From the NCBI RefSeq assembly GCF_001194135.2, contig NC_069000.1:9553365-9601715 (forward strand): DNA of 48,351 nt, read 5' to 3'. Of this stretch, positions 11,489-23,496 are shown piece by piece. Every line of letters starts with the position of its first letter. The first letter of the stretch is position 1. Origin of the DNA: Octopus bimaculoides. Lineage: Eukaryota. Made by a program: the position numbers and the translations under genes. Under the pieces are notes generated by a model. That model was not told the origin of the DNA and searched no databases. It saw nothing but the letters and a program-made list of their open reading frames with translations.

Positions 11489-11708
11489 CACAAGAGGGCG
11501 CTGAAAAGTTCCTGGCTTTAAGGGTATCATGAAGGGCCTGTTTGGAGGCCCAAACATTGGAGTTCTTTTACAGGGCTTATTAAAACTGAAGGACCACTGC
11601 AATAAGTGTGTAAATTCGAGAAGGAAGTATGTTGAATAAAAATAATAACTGATCCTCCTGTATTTTCTTTAACCCAAAGCCAGGAACTTCCCTGCACCCC
11701 ATCGTGTG
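11489..11708 (+). mobile_element. Mariner-derived MITE (internal deletion derivative)
   Basis: TIRs CACAAGAGGGCGCTGAAAAGTTCCTGGCTTT ... AAAGCCAGGAACTTCCCTGCACCCCATCGTGTG. Retains a transposase C-terminal remnant GLLKLKDHCNKCVNSRRKYVE-stop (mariner GIxKLxxRWxKCIxxxGxYVE). Confidence 0.75.
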
Positions 11709-11814
11709 CATATATAAATATGTGTGTGGAGGGGGAATTAGCTGTAGGGTGAGAACAAAAGAAATGCGTTAAAATGTGGTGTTTATGAAAAGGCACAGAA
11801 ACTATAGAAATAAT

Positions 11815-12035
11815 TCTTTTTACTATAGGCACAAGGCTTGAAATTTGTGGGGAGGGGGCCAGTCAATTAGACCGACCCCGGTATGCAACTGTACTTAATT
11901 TATCGACCCCCCGAAAGGATAAAAGGCAATGTCAACCTCAGTGGAATTTGAACTCGGAATGTAAGGACAGACAAAATGCCACTAAGCATTTCACCCGGTG
12001 TGCTAACAATTCTGCCAGCTTACCACCTTAGAGAC
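11815..12035 (-). mobile_element. Near-complete SINE copy (GGCACAAGG.../GAATTTGAACTC family)
   Basis: Contains GGAATTTGAACTC (reverse B-box) and GATTCTGCCAGC..CCACCTTA (head end), plus the conserved body shared with 40975-41125. Confidence 0.75.
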
Positions 12036-12131
12036 TAGAAATAATGTCAAAGCCTATTATCAAACTCGAATGTACTTTCTAATTAACAAAGATTTACCCC
12101 AGGTTTGGGTAGAAGGAAATATCTTTGATAT

Positions 12132-12167
<36 letters not shown>

Positions 12168-12784
12168 TCAAAAATAGAAAAAAAGTATAATAAAGATTTT
12201 AAAAATGATAAATATTTGATGCAAATTTGAAAAAAGTTTATTAAATATTTTTCATAATAATCCAAAAATGTTTAATGAGGTAAATGTTGAAAACATTTTC
12301 TGTATTCCCTGAAAAGATAAACATTGTTATTTCTAAAACTCCTGATATCAGTTACAGCTTAACTGATGTAAAACAGTTTTTAAGTTTCATGTCCACAGGT
12401 TCTAATATCACAAGGTAAACAAAGCATTATTCCTACTAATAACATTTCAACAGTAAATTCTGTTTTGCAGTGAGTGAATAAGTTTTTAATTTAACATATT
12501 TTCATCATTCTTATGATGGCTACATATGAATGCTGTGAAGGCATAAAAAGACATTTTTCTAGAAATATAAAGATATTTTACTCTGGTTTTGTATGGGTTT
12601 TACTAGAATACTAATGGCATATTCTGTATTTCTATTTATACCATTTTAATCATTTTCCACTTGTGTTTGTAAGAGATAAGTTATATCTCTTCTGGATATA
12701 AGTTACATCATCGGAGCATCACTGATCTCTTTCAGATATATCATTTCTGTCACTAAACCATTTTGTCTTTGCTATTTACTTTAA

Positions 12785-12994
12785 CCCTTTAGCATTTAAA
12801 TCAGCCAAAATAATCTACTTGTTTTATCTTCAAACTGGCCATATCCAGTCTCTCACACTTACCCTGCAATATTACTCTAAATATAAATTATCATGTCATT
12901 GAAATCTCAAAGCTACAAGGTAATGCACGACTAATTCATATCAATGTGAATAAATTAGCATTATATTTTATGGAGAAATCTGAATGCTAAAGAG
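12785..12994. mobile_element. piggyBac-like MITE
   Basis: TTAA at 12781-12784 and 12995-12998 flanking TIRs CCCTTTAGCATT ... AATGCTAAAGAG. Confidence 0.8.
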
Positions 12995-13876
12995 TTAATA
13001 GGTGACAGTTAGTTTCATTTCTATTCTATATATGAGAGATTGGCAGCAGGATGGTCATCCAATATATTCATACCTCTGGCAAGTCACCTTGGTAGTGCCC
13101 AGTTTCCTCCCAAACTAATAAAATGGCTGTTAATTTTACAGTGTTGTCAGATATGCTTTAAGCCGGAGGCAACTATTTACAGTTATGAAAATTGGGTCAT
13201 TTGAGAGTTGTGTAGTAACTGTTGCAATACAAGCTACTAACCTCTCAGCTGGTTTGGGAAATTTTTAACTTGCCTTTCTCCAAGACTGTAGCACAGTTTA
13301 TAAGTGCATTAAAACTCATGTAGTAGAAATAAATTTTCAGTTCAGTCATATCTCAAAAATATATCTCTTTAAAATATGGTTTTGGAAAAGTATCACAACT
13401 GGAACGAAAGATCTGGAGATAGTACCATTCATTAAACCAACAGCCTAAGTACCATAGATCTACTTGATCAGGTTTGACCAAGGAGCTAAGCTATTCAAAC
13501 TTAGCAGGGCTAAAATAGAAGCAGTTTATAATCTGACCATGCTAGCTTATCTAATAATAACTAGTCTCAAAACTATAGGTTTCTGTTGATCAAGCACCCA
13601 ACCCTGTTTCAGGAAAAGAGAATTTGTGACCCTGAATCTTTCCTGTGGGCATTAAAAGCAACATAAGTGAAACGAAATAGCTTTGAGCAAGGATTGAAAC
13701 CTCCATGTAGATTTAATTAGATGAAAGCTTACTTTTTGCTCTATGAGTGTTTAAGTTTTAGAGGACTTCTATTATGACCAAGCTATGTTTTTGAGTGATT
13801 TTAATGTAAATGAAGTTAGTGTACTGTGGACCTGAAAATGTAAATCTAATCTTGACAAGCCAGAAAATAGATTGGC

Positions 13877-14307
13877 TTAGATAGGTCTGAGAAGGTATCC
13901 ACTAAATGTACTGTAGACACCATGAACATGGCTGGATTTCTGATAAAGAGCTTTTACAAATACTTTATCCCCCTTTTCCAATAAGATGATAACAGGAGCT
14001 GTGCTGGACCCATGGGCATGTTGGGCACCAGAATAGAGTCGGGTCACTTCAATGGTGTTCACTATAAGCGCAGTCTCCACTTTGTCATTGAAACCCGACA
14101 AGATTTTCACAAAGAATTGGTAAGTTCCTGATATGGGGCAATTGAAAATTCCAGTAGTGTGGTCATAAGCACTTCCAATGTTTGTAAGAAGTTGGTCAAA
14201 AATGACTATTTGATCTGGCTTCAAGTTTGTTAAATGATGACTAAGTCGGCTACTGAAAGCTGTTTCCTCAAAATCTGCGGCTGCTGTTGCTTGGATTGTT
14301 TTAGGTT
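13877..14307 (-). CDS. Secreted C1q-domain-containing protein, exon 2 (globular C1q domain, stop)
   Basis: Pyrimidine-rich CAG acceptor at 14309-14308. Translation has gC1q hallmarks: AFSSRL, IVIFDQLLTNIGSAYDHTTGIFNCPISGTYQFFV, LEKGDKVFV, STFSGYLL. TAA at 13879-13877. The two exons total 759 nt (252 aa). Confidence 0.93.
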
Positions 14308-15299
14308 CTGGAATTACAGAAAAGAAAAAACAAAAAAAAAAAAAACAGGTTGTTAATTATTTCAAATTTTGGCACAAAGCCTGCAGGTTTTTTTTTTTTT
14401 TTTTTTTTTAAGGAAAAGTTGTTAGTCAATTATATTGATTGTAATATTTAGTAGGTACTTTATTTTATCAACTCTTAAGAATAAAAGGCAAAGTTGACTT
14501 CAGCAGAATTTGAACTCAGAACATAAAGAATCAGAAGAAATGTCTGATCAAAAGTCAGTTTTATGAAGGGTTGACCTTGGGTTAAACAGCAGCAACAAGA
14601 AGATGAAAGATTTTAATCAAAGCTGCTCTCTGCCAGAAAAGAATAGCCACAGGACTACTTTCCCCAGCCCACTCCCCTTTGAATTACTCGTTGGTAACAA
14701 TTAATGTTATCCTCACTTCCACTGGCTTACAAAGACTACGAGTAACTACATCAGATTTATGATCACACTTGAATAAACATGCCGTCAGTTCGCTTACAGT
14801 TAGCCAGCAGATATAATAGTTATTATTTATCAGTTATTATAGAAATAGAAAAATCTCCAGCCATGTAGATAGCACAAGTTTATATATTTCACCAGAGAGA
14901 CAATAAATTCCAGCTTTTCTTAAAGTATCCAATATGGATGATTACCCAGACAATACTCAACTTAGTAAATGTCATGATTCATAGATGTTCGTGATTCAAA
15001 GTGATATCCAGCTAATTCTTAGATAAAAAAAATAACAACCGAATCTACTTATTACGTAATAGTTTCCTTAGCTGGCATTAAGCAGTAGACAAGCCACTGT
15101 TTTCTCTTTTCTCTATAGCTATAGAGAAACAGTCTTTCTTTAGAGATAGCTCAGTACTTTTCCCATTTTTCATTAGATATATTCGTCTAGAGAATTCAAA
15201 TCTGGTTGTGGTATCTCAACAAATCACTGTATCAGCCAGACTATTGAATGTTGTTTACAACACTGGTCACAGTGTGTTTCCTTTCATCGTAGTAGCTTT

Positions 15300-15795
15300 T
15301 GAATGATTTCCCCCTGCTAGCTAGGTATGGTTTCTGCAGATGGATACCCTTCTTAATGCCAACTACTTTGCAGGGTGTACTGGGTGCTATTTACGTGGCA
15401 CCAGTACGGGTACTCAATATGTGGCAACAGCAGAAGTGCTTTATATGTGACATCAGCATGGATGCTTTATGTATGACACCGACATGGGTGCTTTATATGT
15501 GTGCTATATTTTATTTTGTGAAGGCACATGGTTTAGTGGTTAGGGCATTCGGCTCAGCACGTAAGAAGCACCATTCAAGCATAGTCGATGCCAGTGCCAT
15601 CTGACTGGCTCCCATGCCAGTGAGACTTAAAAAGCACCCACTACACTCTCGGAGTGGTTAACATTGAGAAAGGCATCAAGCTGTAGAACCTTACCAGAAC
15701 AGATTGAAGCCTGGTGCAGCCTCCTGGCTTGCTAGCCCTCAGTCAAACCATCCAACCCATGCCAGCATGGAAAGTAGACGTTAAACGATGATGAT
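15300..15795 (+). mobile_element. SINE with internal GGTGCTTT..TGTG repeats and (GAT)n tail in the C1q gene intron
   Basis: Ends CCATCCAACCCATGCCAGCATGGAAAGTAGACGTTAAACGATGATG; homologous to 30395-30810 and 45820-46250. Confidence 0.7.
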
Positions 15796-17267
15796 ATATA
15801 ACATATTGCTATACCATTGAAAGTTTACGTAAACTTTGTCACTCGCTCACTCACTCTCTCTCCACACAAAAATGAAACGTATTAGTTACTCGATTTCGGC
15901 GCCAAAAATTGCAAAGGGAAAGTGGATTAGTTTTTCAAATCTATTCTGCAATCTGGGATTATTATATATTATATCCAGTGATTTTAAGAGGTATGAAAAA
16001 GATATTTTGTTTTAATATTATATTTTTACTTGATTCACACACATGCACAAACTCTAACGTGTTTTTTAGATGAATTCTTTATCATTCTTTATCTCCCCAC
16101 AGACTTCGTTACCACTAACTTCTATAACCTCTGCATTTTCACTTACTCATTTTAAACTTGTTTGAATTTTCAATCTAATGTAATCCACACTCTCTCAAAA
16201 ACGTATTTCTGCAAAATGTTATCTAAATATTCTGTCACTTGTGAGAGAGACATCTATATGCATCGTATTTCTTAGGATGCATCATGCTTAAAACCAATGT
16301 CATTTGCCGGAGGTATATGTGATATTTAGAAATTCCATCTTAAAACTATTCCCTTTAATTTGAAGAAATCAAATGCTAATCCAAAATGTTGCATATTCAG
16401 CAGCAATATTCTCTATAATGAAACTAAAAAATAATTTCAAAAATTGAGATCACGAAAAGTCAGCCACGCTAAAAACGAATATCTTAAGTCAATTATTCGG
16501 AAATTTTTACCCTTTTAATTAAATGAGGTTTCCCACGGAACCCAGGATATTGAAAGGTCTGTCAGTTTAACACGTTTACTGACCCCCCCCCCCCAGTACT
16601 ACCTTTGCGGACCACAGGTTGGGAATCACTGATTTAGACTATTAATCGAAGATACTGTATATCTGATTATATAAAAAAAAAAAGATAGGGTTGGAATACC
16701 TTTTATCAAAGTTCTACTTGATCAGAGTTAATTTGGGGCTAAACAACATAAATTACTCGATAAACTTTATTCCAGAAACGGGCCTCATGGCATACGGCTC
16801 ATCATATGGTTCGCACTACTAAAACGATTCAAAGTAATTTTTCGCTAGGCGTGCCATTTATAAAGTCCCACGGGTCTATGTGGTTGTTCAACATGCTAGA
16901 AATATCAACCAAATCTCCCTCAAATCGCACCTTCCTGTCTTAAAAGTAGAAGTCACATGAGATAATGTCCATGAGGTGATAATTTGAGTTACGACCATAA
17001 ACTCAATCAAAGAATACAAAGCTGAAACCTCTAAAAGAGTATAAAAGAACATACAATTCAAGCTGAAACTTCTAATAAAATAAAATACAGAATATAAACT
17101 GAAACTATTAAAAAAAAAATAAGCACAAATTAAAACAAATAAAAGAATGTACAATACAGACATCAAAAACTAAGATAATCACATCCTTCGATCACGGGTT
17201 TGTTTGATCAAGGTTGACATGATGCCCAAATAACAATCGGTTAAAATTTAACCGTTAAATTACTTAC

Positions 17268-17595
17268 CAACTGGTGGAGGAACGACCTTCGAGTTGACAA
17301 GGGTCTTCAGATTAAATATTTCACTAATAAACAACTCAATGGTGCCGAGCATTTCAATACGTTGCGACACTTCATATTTAAGTTGGTCTCGGATCTCTTC
17401 GATTTCCCGTGCGCAAGAACAATTTAGCTGTACCCTCATTGGGAGGAACGGTAACTTCTTGAGAAAAGGTTTCGTGGAATCTCTGAAATCCACTCCATGG
17501 ATTATCTTACTGATGTCCTTCGCTCCCAAAGATGTCGCAGACCTTGTCTGCCAAGTACCCAGCAAAGCTGTTAAGAGAATCGTTGTTAAAGACAT
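17268..17595 (-). CDS. Secreted C1q-domain-containing protein, coding exon 1 (signal peptide plus predicted coiled-coil region)
   Basis: ATG at 17595; hydrophobic MSLTTILLTALLGTWQTRSA; CSC motif then heptad-like EIEEIRDQLKYEVSQRIEML; ends PPPV-G with a GTAAGT donor at 17267 (phase 1), in phase with the C1q exon. Confidence 0.85.
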
Positions 17596-20319
17596 ACCGA
17601 GCTCTTAAGATTTCAATGTCTGGGGAAGCAATGAGTATCTGCAGTCCTCTCACTAGGCTCTTGCCAATTTAAATCGTGACAAATCGCCAAAAAAAGACAA
17701 TTAGTTTTCTGGGGGAATGAGTAGGTGTCAGCATTTTATCCAAACATTTACCAGCATTTTCTTTCCCGTCACTCTCTTTCGATACATACACAAATCTATG
17801 TTTAGCTACTTCACCTGTCATCTGTGATTATGCCACCTGAATAGATTATAACCGCTTACTCGCAAACATCTTAACATATATTCATATATGTGTAAGGATA
17901 TAAAGAAACGTGTGTGTATGTGCATAAACGCATTTACGAATATTATATACATTTGTTTGGATCTAAATATAAGCTTCCTGTTCCAAAGAAGTCATCTGAA
18001 CAAGCTCAAAGGTGAAATTTGACGAAGATGCTACCGTTTATAAAGAAGACACGTTTTATTTGCATAAACCTGTGCCCGTTGTTGACAGTACATCTGACCA
18101 CTAACATATTTTCTCTCTTGTCTCATGCAGGTTTCAAATAATTAAGGGACAGTTTTGGAGTTTACGTGCAAAATCGTCATCATAGCGACTTATTGGCACG
18201 CCATGAATGCTGCTCTCTCTTTCTTTTTCCTTTCTCTCTCCCTCCATCCCTATCTCCCTCTCTTTATATATAAGACACACACTTTCTCTTTCTCATTCTT
18301 TCTCTCTGTCTGTCTCCCCCTCTCTCTCTTCTATTTCCCATTCCACTTACAAAATCTGTACTTTTGTAAATTGTGCTCTTCCAAATATAACGTAAACGGT
18401 CATTTTAAAGATCATCACTTAAACTGTGTCTGAAGTACGATTTCAGGCGCTTAAAAATATTTGGGAGAATGATTAGGCCTACACAATTTGAAAGTAATAT
18501 TGTTTAACGTTCCGGTTCAAATCCCCAAGTTAACCCCTCCTGTCGTTTTATATTTCCGAGGGATTGAGTTAAAAATTCACCGATTGAAAATATTAGGATT
18601 GCGGATCAATTTTCCTGCTACCCTAAACTGAAGTTTTTGGTGTACTTTCAGTGGGTGCTTCCACCGATTTAGTTTCCTCATAGTAGCTGAAGGTAAAGAG
18701 TTGAAAGATTAAAAATAGCGACTCTATAATGAAAAGAGAGCAATGTTTCATAAATTTTAGTACAAAGAATACACTATTCATTTTAATGACTTCGTTTATA
18801 TTAGTTTCAAATTTCGGTACAAGATCAGAAATTTAGTGGGATGAGAAGGTCAATAATGCTGACCCCCAATACTCAACTGGTACTTATTTGAACTCAGAAG
18901 ATAAAGTTGGAAGAAATGTCGCTAAGCATTTTTTCTGGCACAGAAGCGATTCTGCCAGCTTGCTACCTTAAGGCAGTGATAATATTAATTAAGCCAGTAA
19001 AGTGGTAAGCTGACAAAATTGTTAGCACACTGGGCAAAATGCTTAGTGGCATTTCATCCATCTGGATGTGTGGGTTCCTTCATTGACCCTTCATTGACTG
19101 ATCTCTGTTGGGGCATTTCATTTCCTTCTCTTTGTATACTTTTGCTTTTCATAATTTATTAATTTATTATGCATAAACCCTGACCATTTTTGTAATTTGT
19201 CCTCATTATGTCTCCATGTCCTTTGCTTTGTCACATTTAAAGAAATTATTGCTTTTTAGTGGTGGCAGATCATCATCACCACCACCACCACCACCAAAAC
19301 CACCAACACCACCACCACTATTATCATCATTACCATCATCATTAGTCCTTTTATCTCCTTCCATTCAAAGAACAGGGCCAATGCTGAAAGATACTGTAAT
19401 GAATTTATTATAGACAAAAAATATACAGGAGATGATGTTTCTTCCAGTTTCCTTGAGTTAATTTTGATAAAAGTTAACGTTCCTCACAGCCATTTAGGTA
19501 AAAGTTTAAAATAACAGCAACGCTTATCAATAGTAATGTTGATACACTCCAACTTGTCTGGGAGCCATCTGAAATGATAGGAAGTTTAGAAAGTGTTAAC
19601 AGAAGCTATATGTTTAAATGTATGCGTGTTCATGTTTTGTTACCATGTTTCCATTGAAAATACATTGACTTTGCTTCAATTAATTCTTAAAATATTGAAT
19701 TTATTTAAATAGCTTTGTTTCATTTAACAGGATGTTTAGCACATAAATTAACATAAATTTTGATGGAAGGTTTTAATTTAGATAATTTTAAAACAGAAAA
19801 TTTGTACCATTGAACTAAGGTGGGGGGGGGGGTAATCTCAGGTGGGTTGGTATGAAAAGGGTTAAATTTATCCTTTAATTTTACAAGGGTTAAAAAGACA
19901 TATATATAGACTTGGTTTGTGATGACTTGAACTGTGACAATTTAGTAGTGACACACAGAATTGCTTTATGCAAACATCATTTCTAGTTCTATATCAATAT
20001 ATTGTGTGAGGAACACATTTTTAGCTGGGTTATATGATGTTTTCTTTCTAGAATGGATTATTTTTAACAAAACAGAAGAAAAAAATATATTTGGGAGAAG
20101 TGATGGGAGGAAGTGCTTTATTTGTTTTGTCAATTTCTGTTTTGTGTAAAACCTATTTTTAAATGAATATTTAGTGACTGAAAATGATCAACAGAAATAT
20201 GAAAAGGATGTTAGATGTGTACATACATTTTTGAGTCTGGTGTTTGTTTATGTTTGAGCTTCTCCAAAAATCGCCAAGCTATAAGTGGTGACATTGTGGT
20301 CATTTCACCAGTTAACAAA

Positions 20320-20366
20320 TCATCCACCGGCTTTGCACATTTGATAATGTGTGAGATAAAAGATCC
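20320..20366 (-). CDS. Tandem CUB-like protein, probable terminal coding exon
   Basis: TACTAAC branch motif then the first AG (TAAG) at 20368-20367; phase 1 gives RIFYLTHYQMCKAGG then TGA; AATAAA about 200 nt downstream (20122-20117). Total CDS 933 nt (310 aa). Other downstream acceptors cannot be excluded. Confidence 0.5.
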
Positions 20367-20520
20367 CTTATTTAATAAACAAATAAGGGTTAGTAACAGC
20401 TGGGGCATCCGGCTGTGAAGCGATGCCTCAGTAACATATTCGTGTAACCCAAGCTAGCATGGAAAAATAGATGTAAAAAAAAAAAAAACTCAATGGCTGT
20501 CTAAAGACACATTTACTTAC

Positions 20521-20668
20521 TTTCAAGGGTTTCGGCAGTGACAAGAAACACAAAATTGTAGTCTCTTAACTGCTTAACAAATGTAACCTTTTGACGTAAT
20601 TCAACAAAAAGAAGCTTGGTAGGTGTACAAAAAGTGGCATTTGGAAAACTGCTGTTGACATTCAGTGA
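20521..20668 (-). CDS. Tandem CUB-like protein, exon 5 (second half of domain 2)
   Basis: TTTCCAG acceptor; SLNVNSSFPNATFCTPTKLLFVELRQKVTFVKQLRDYNFVFLVTAETLE; GTAAGT donor; phase 0 to 1; the FCT motif parallels exon 3. Confidence 0.82.
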
Positions 20669-21123
20669 CTGGAAATAATGATAAAGAAACAAAGATTATT
20701 ATTATTATTATTATTCACTTTGAAGGTGTATGTTTTTGTTATTTAAAACTTCCTTTTATTTGGTTTTATATTTCTCAGAGATTTCAGATTTTTCTCTTGT
20801 GATAATGTATAAACTATTTAATATTCTTGTAAGCTTTTTTATGTCATGAAAGTTATATTATTTTGTTCTTAATAACCAGACACTTTGTTTCTTATTGTTC
20901 CCCACCTACTGCTTGATGACTGGTGTTGGTTTGTTTAAGTCCCCAGTAATTTAGCAGTTCAACAAAAGAGACTAATAGAATAAATATCACACTTTGAAAA
21001 TTAGTACTGGGGTTGATCTGTTTGACTAAGACCCTTCAAGGTGGTGCCCCCAGCATGGTTACAGTACCCTATTGACTGAAATAAGCAAAAGATGAAAATA
21101 AGAGATATTAACAGAATATTTAC

Positions 21124-21362
21124 CATCATCGGGATGTTATCTCCTACCAAAAATGTAAGGCTGACGTCATTGCTGTCTTTTCCAATGTAGAAGTTCAAAA
21201 ACTGTACACACATTGTTCCTGATGATTCACGCACAAAGGTTAAGAAACAACCACCCCAGGATGCATGATGGTCAGTGCTGTCTGGCCAGGTTACCACTCG
21301 GTAGTAGCTTTGATTGTCCATTTCAAAGTTCTTGAAGCAGTCATTTCCTTTCATGAGTACCA
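21124..21362 (-). CDS. Tandem CUB-like protein, exon 4 (first half of domain 2)
   Basis: CTTTTCTTTAG acceptor; VVLMKGNDCFKNFEMDNQSYYRVVTWPDSTDHHASWGGCFLTFVRESSGTMCVQFLNFYIGKDSNDVSLTFLVGDNIPMM; GTAAAT donor; phase 1 to 0; parallels exon 2 (C..TF, CxxF/V). Confidence 0.82.
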
Positions 21363-21588
21363 CTAAAGAAAAGAGCTGTAGACTTTTAGTTTATTAGATG
21401 TACCAGTTATGGCCAAGAGGAATCTTCAAGGTTTATTTCCAAGCTGGTAGTATGAAGAATTTGCATAAAGCCAAAGTACTAAAGTGATCTGGGGGTGAGG
21501 AGGTAGTGTTAAACTGGGTTGCATGATGTATCTACCACTCAAGAAAAAACAAACTGCATATTGTGTTATTAATATAAAAAGAACTGAC

Positions 21589-21721
21589 CATCATCTGTTG
21601 GTATAACTTTGAATTCCACATCAGGAGAGAGACTGCCTTTTAGGATTGGGTACTCAAACCGAACACTGAGTGTGTTTGTGTTGGTGCAGAATATCTGTGG
21701 TCCCTCTTTGTTGGTTAAGTG
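21589..21721 (-). CDS. Tandem CUB-like protein, exon 3 (second half of domain 1)
   Basis: TTTTCAG acceptor; HLTNKEGPQIFCTNTNTLSVRFEYPILKGSLSPDVEFKVIPTDD; GTCAGT donor; phase 0 to 1, exactly bridging exons 2 and 4. Not shown in this frame in the ORF track. Confidence 0.82.
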
Positions 21722-23038
21722 CTGAAAATAATGGATATGCAAGAAATGACTTTGTATTGATTTGTAGTTGAGACGGAAGATATAGAAATGAAAGGAGAGA
21801 TAGACTGGATCTTTTGTAACATGTTAGGTTAAAAACCTTATTGCATTTAGTTGTGTAACTTATTTGCAGGTACAAGCATGGCTGTGTGGTTAAGAAGCTT
21901 GCTTTGCAACCACCTGGGTTCAGGTTCAGTCTCACCATGCAGCACTTTGGGAAAGTGGACTTGGTGGATGGAAACTGAAAGAAGTTCATGTGTGTGTATG
22001 TACCGCTGTCTTGACAACATTGTTGTAAACAAGCATCACCGTCATACAAGTGCTGTTGTTCATTTCTGGTCTTTTGTGAAAAACCTAACCATGGGTAAAT
22101 ATTATCTTACTTGTAAACAGGTAAAGGTTGATGACAGGTGGGGCATCTCATTATAGAAAATCTGCCTCTACAAACTGTGTCTGACCCATACAAGAATGAT
22201 AAAGTGGACATTAAATGATATTGATAACGATGTTATATCTCAGAAATCTGCACAAGGCAAGTGACCATGAGATTCCTCTTACTAACCATGTCTAAGAAAG
22301 CTATGGTGACTACTTTTTGTCTTTCTAGAATATAAAAAGAAACAATGCTAGAAAGGAGAAAAATCACGTAAAAACAAAATGCAAAATGTATCTACTGCCC
22401 AGGTGATATAATTAAATGTTAGAGAGTTGTAGCGAAAGTATAGTTAGTAAGGTAAAAAGGAAAGTAGCAGATGGAATTCAGTGGATTATTGTTACCTCTG
22501 TTTGTGATAAAGTGGTTCTCTCTGTGTGCAAAAAGGCAGGCTGTATAAAGTGTGTTTAAGAAGAATGAGTCTGTTTAGTGAGACAGGCATTGGATGAAGA
22601 TTTTGCTGGAGAAAAATGAAATGAGTATTCATGAAACTTTGTCAGATGTGTAATATCATCATGAATGAAAAGCAGAGTATAAGATCAAGGCAAAAAACAT
22701 GAAAAGGAAATGGTGAAACAGATTTCAAGAAGTTTGGTCTCTCAAATGAGATGACACATGATCACAAAGATGGTGATATCCTACAATGCAACTCAGTAAC
22801 ATAGCTTGGGTGTTTGCCATCCAAAGCAGCCCTTGAGTGTCCCCACCCCATCTGTCTCCTGTGCAGCAGGCCCAAAAATGCTCGTTGCCTCTATAAAAGC
22901 ATCACTCAGCATAGACTGCTCCTTCACCCCCACCCAACAGCCATGCTATTGGTGCAAACCTAATTCAACTTATACTAGCATGGAAAGTGCTAGAAGAATG
23001 CTGATGGTGAAAATAATTGAGGGAAATAGAATTCTTAC

Positions 23039-23298
23039 CCGAATAATATGTTGGTAGAGTTCAGGATATTCCATATTTTCACCTTCGAAAACATAGATGT
23101 CCATGTCTTCTGTGAGATGGATTTTGGTAACATTAAGGCAAAACTTCCTCCTAGACCCTCCGAGTGCCAGGAATGTGAGAACACAGTAGAGGTTGCCAAG
23201 ATCTTGTTCATGAATACCAAAGTTGACTGATACTTCATAAGTACAGTTTGGTGGCACCAAAAAGTAGTCTCCACATTGACCTGCATATGCTATTGAGT
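23039..23298 (-). CDS. Tandem CUB-like protein, exon 2 (first half of domain 1)
   Basis: CAG acceptor at 23300-23299 (an alternative in-frame CAG at 23282-23281 is possible). (D)SIAYAGQCGDYFLVPPNCTYEVSVNFGIHEQDLGNLYCVLTFLALGGSRRKFCLNVTKIHLTEDMDIYVFEGENMEYPELYQHIIR; GTAAGA donor; phase 1 to 0. Confidence 0.82.
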
Positions 23299-23464
23299 CT
23301 GTGATGAAGTGATATAAGTCATTCAAATGAGAATAGCATGTATTGTCATTCATCATATGTGATTATATAGCAGATTACATATAAGGTTGTGTGTATGGCT
23401 GTTCAGTACACATATTCAGTTAACACATGCTGACATACCTCATACTTTTTCTCTCGTTACACAT

Positions 23465-23496
<32 letters not shown>

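Noticed and set aside
20320-20322. Terminal TGA after C-K-A-G-G as a possible selenocysteine codon
   Set aside because: Not a GCUG- or CxxU-type motif; a second in-frame TGA follows five codons later; no SECIS element recognised.
20211-20408. Minus-strand ORF ...GSFISHIIKCAKPVDDLLTGEM... as the last exon of the CUB-like gene
   Set aside because: It needs a phase-0 entry at the 20367 acceptor, but the preceding exon ends in phase 1, which selects the short RIFYLTHYQMCKAGG frame instead.
22280-22350. Minus-strand acceptor/donor pair between CUB exons 2 and 3 (HCFFLYSRKTKSSHHSFLRH)
   Set aside because: The peptide does not fit the duplicated domain pattern, and exon 21589-21721 already supplies the required phase 0-to-1 half-domain.
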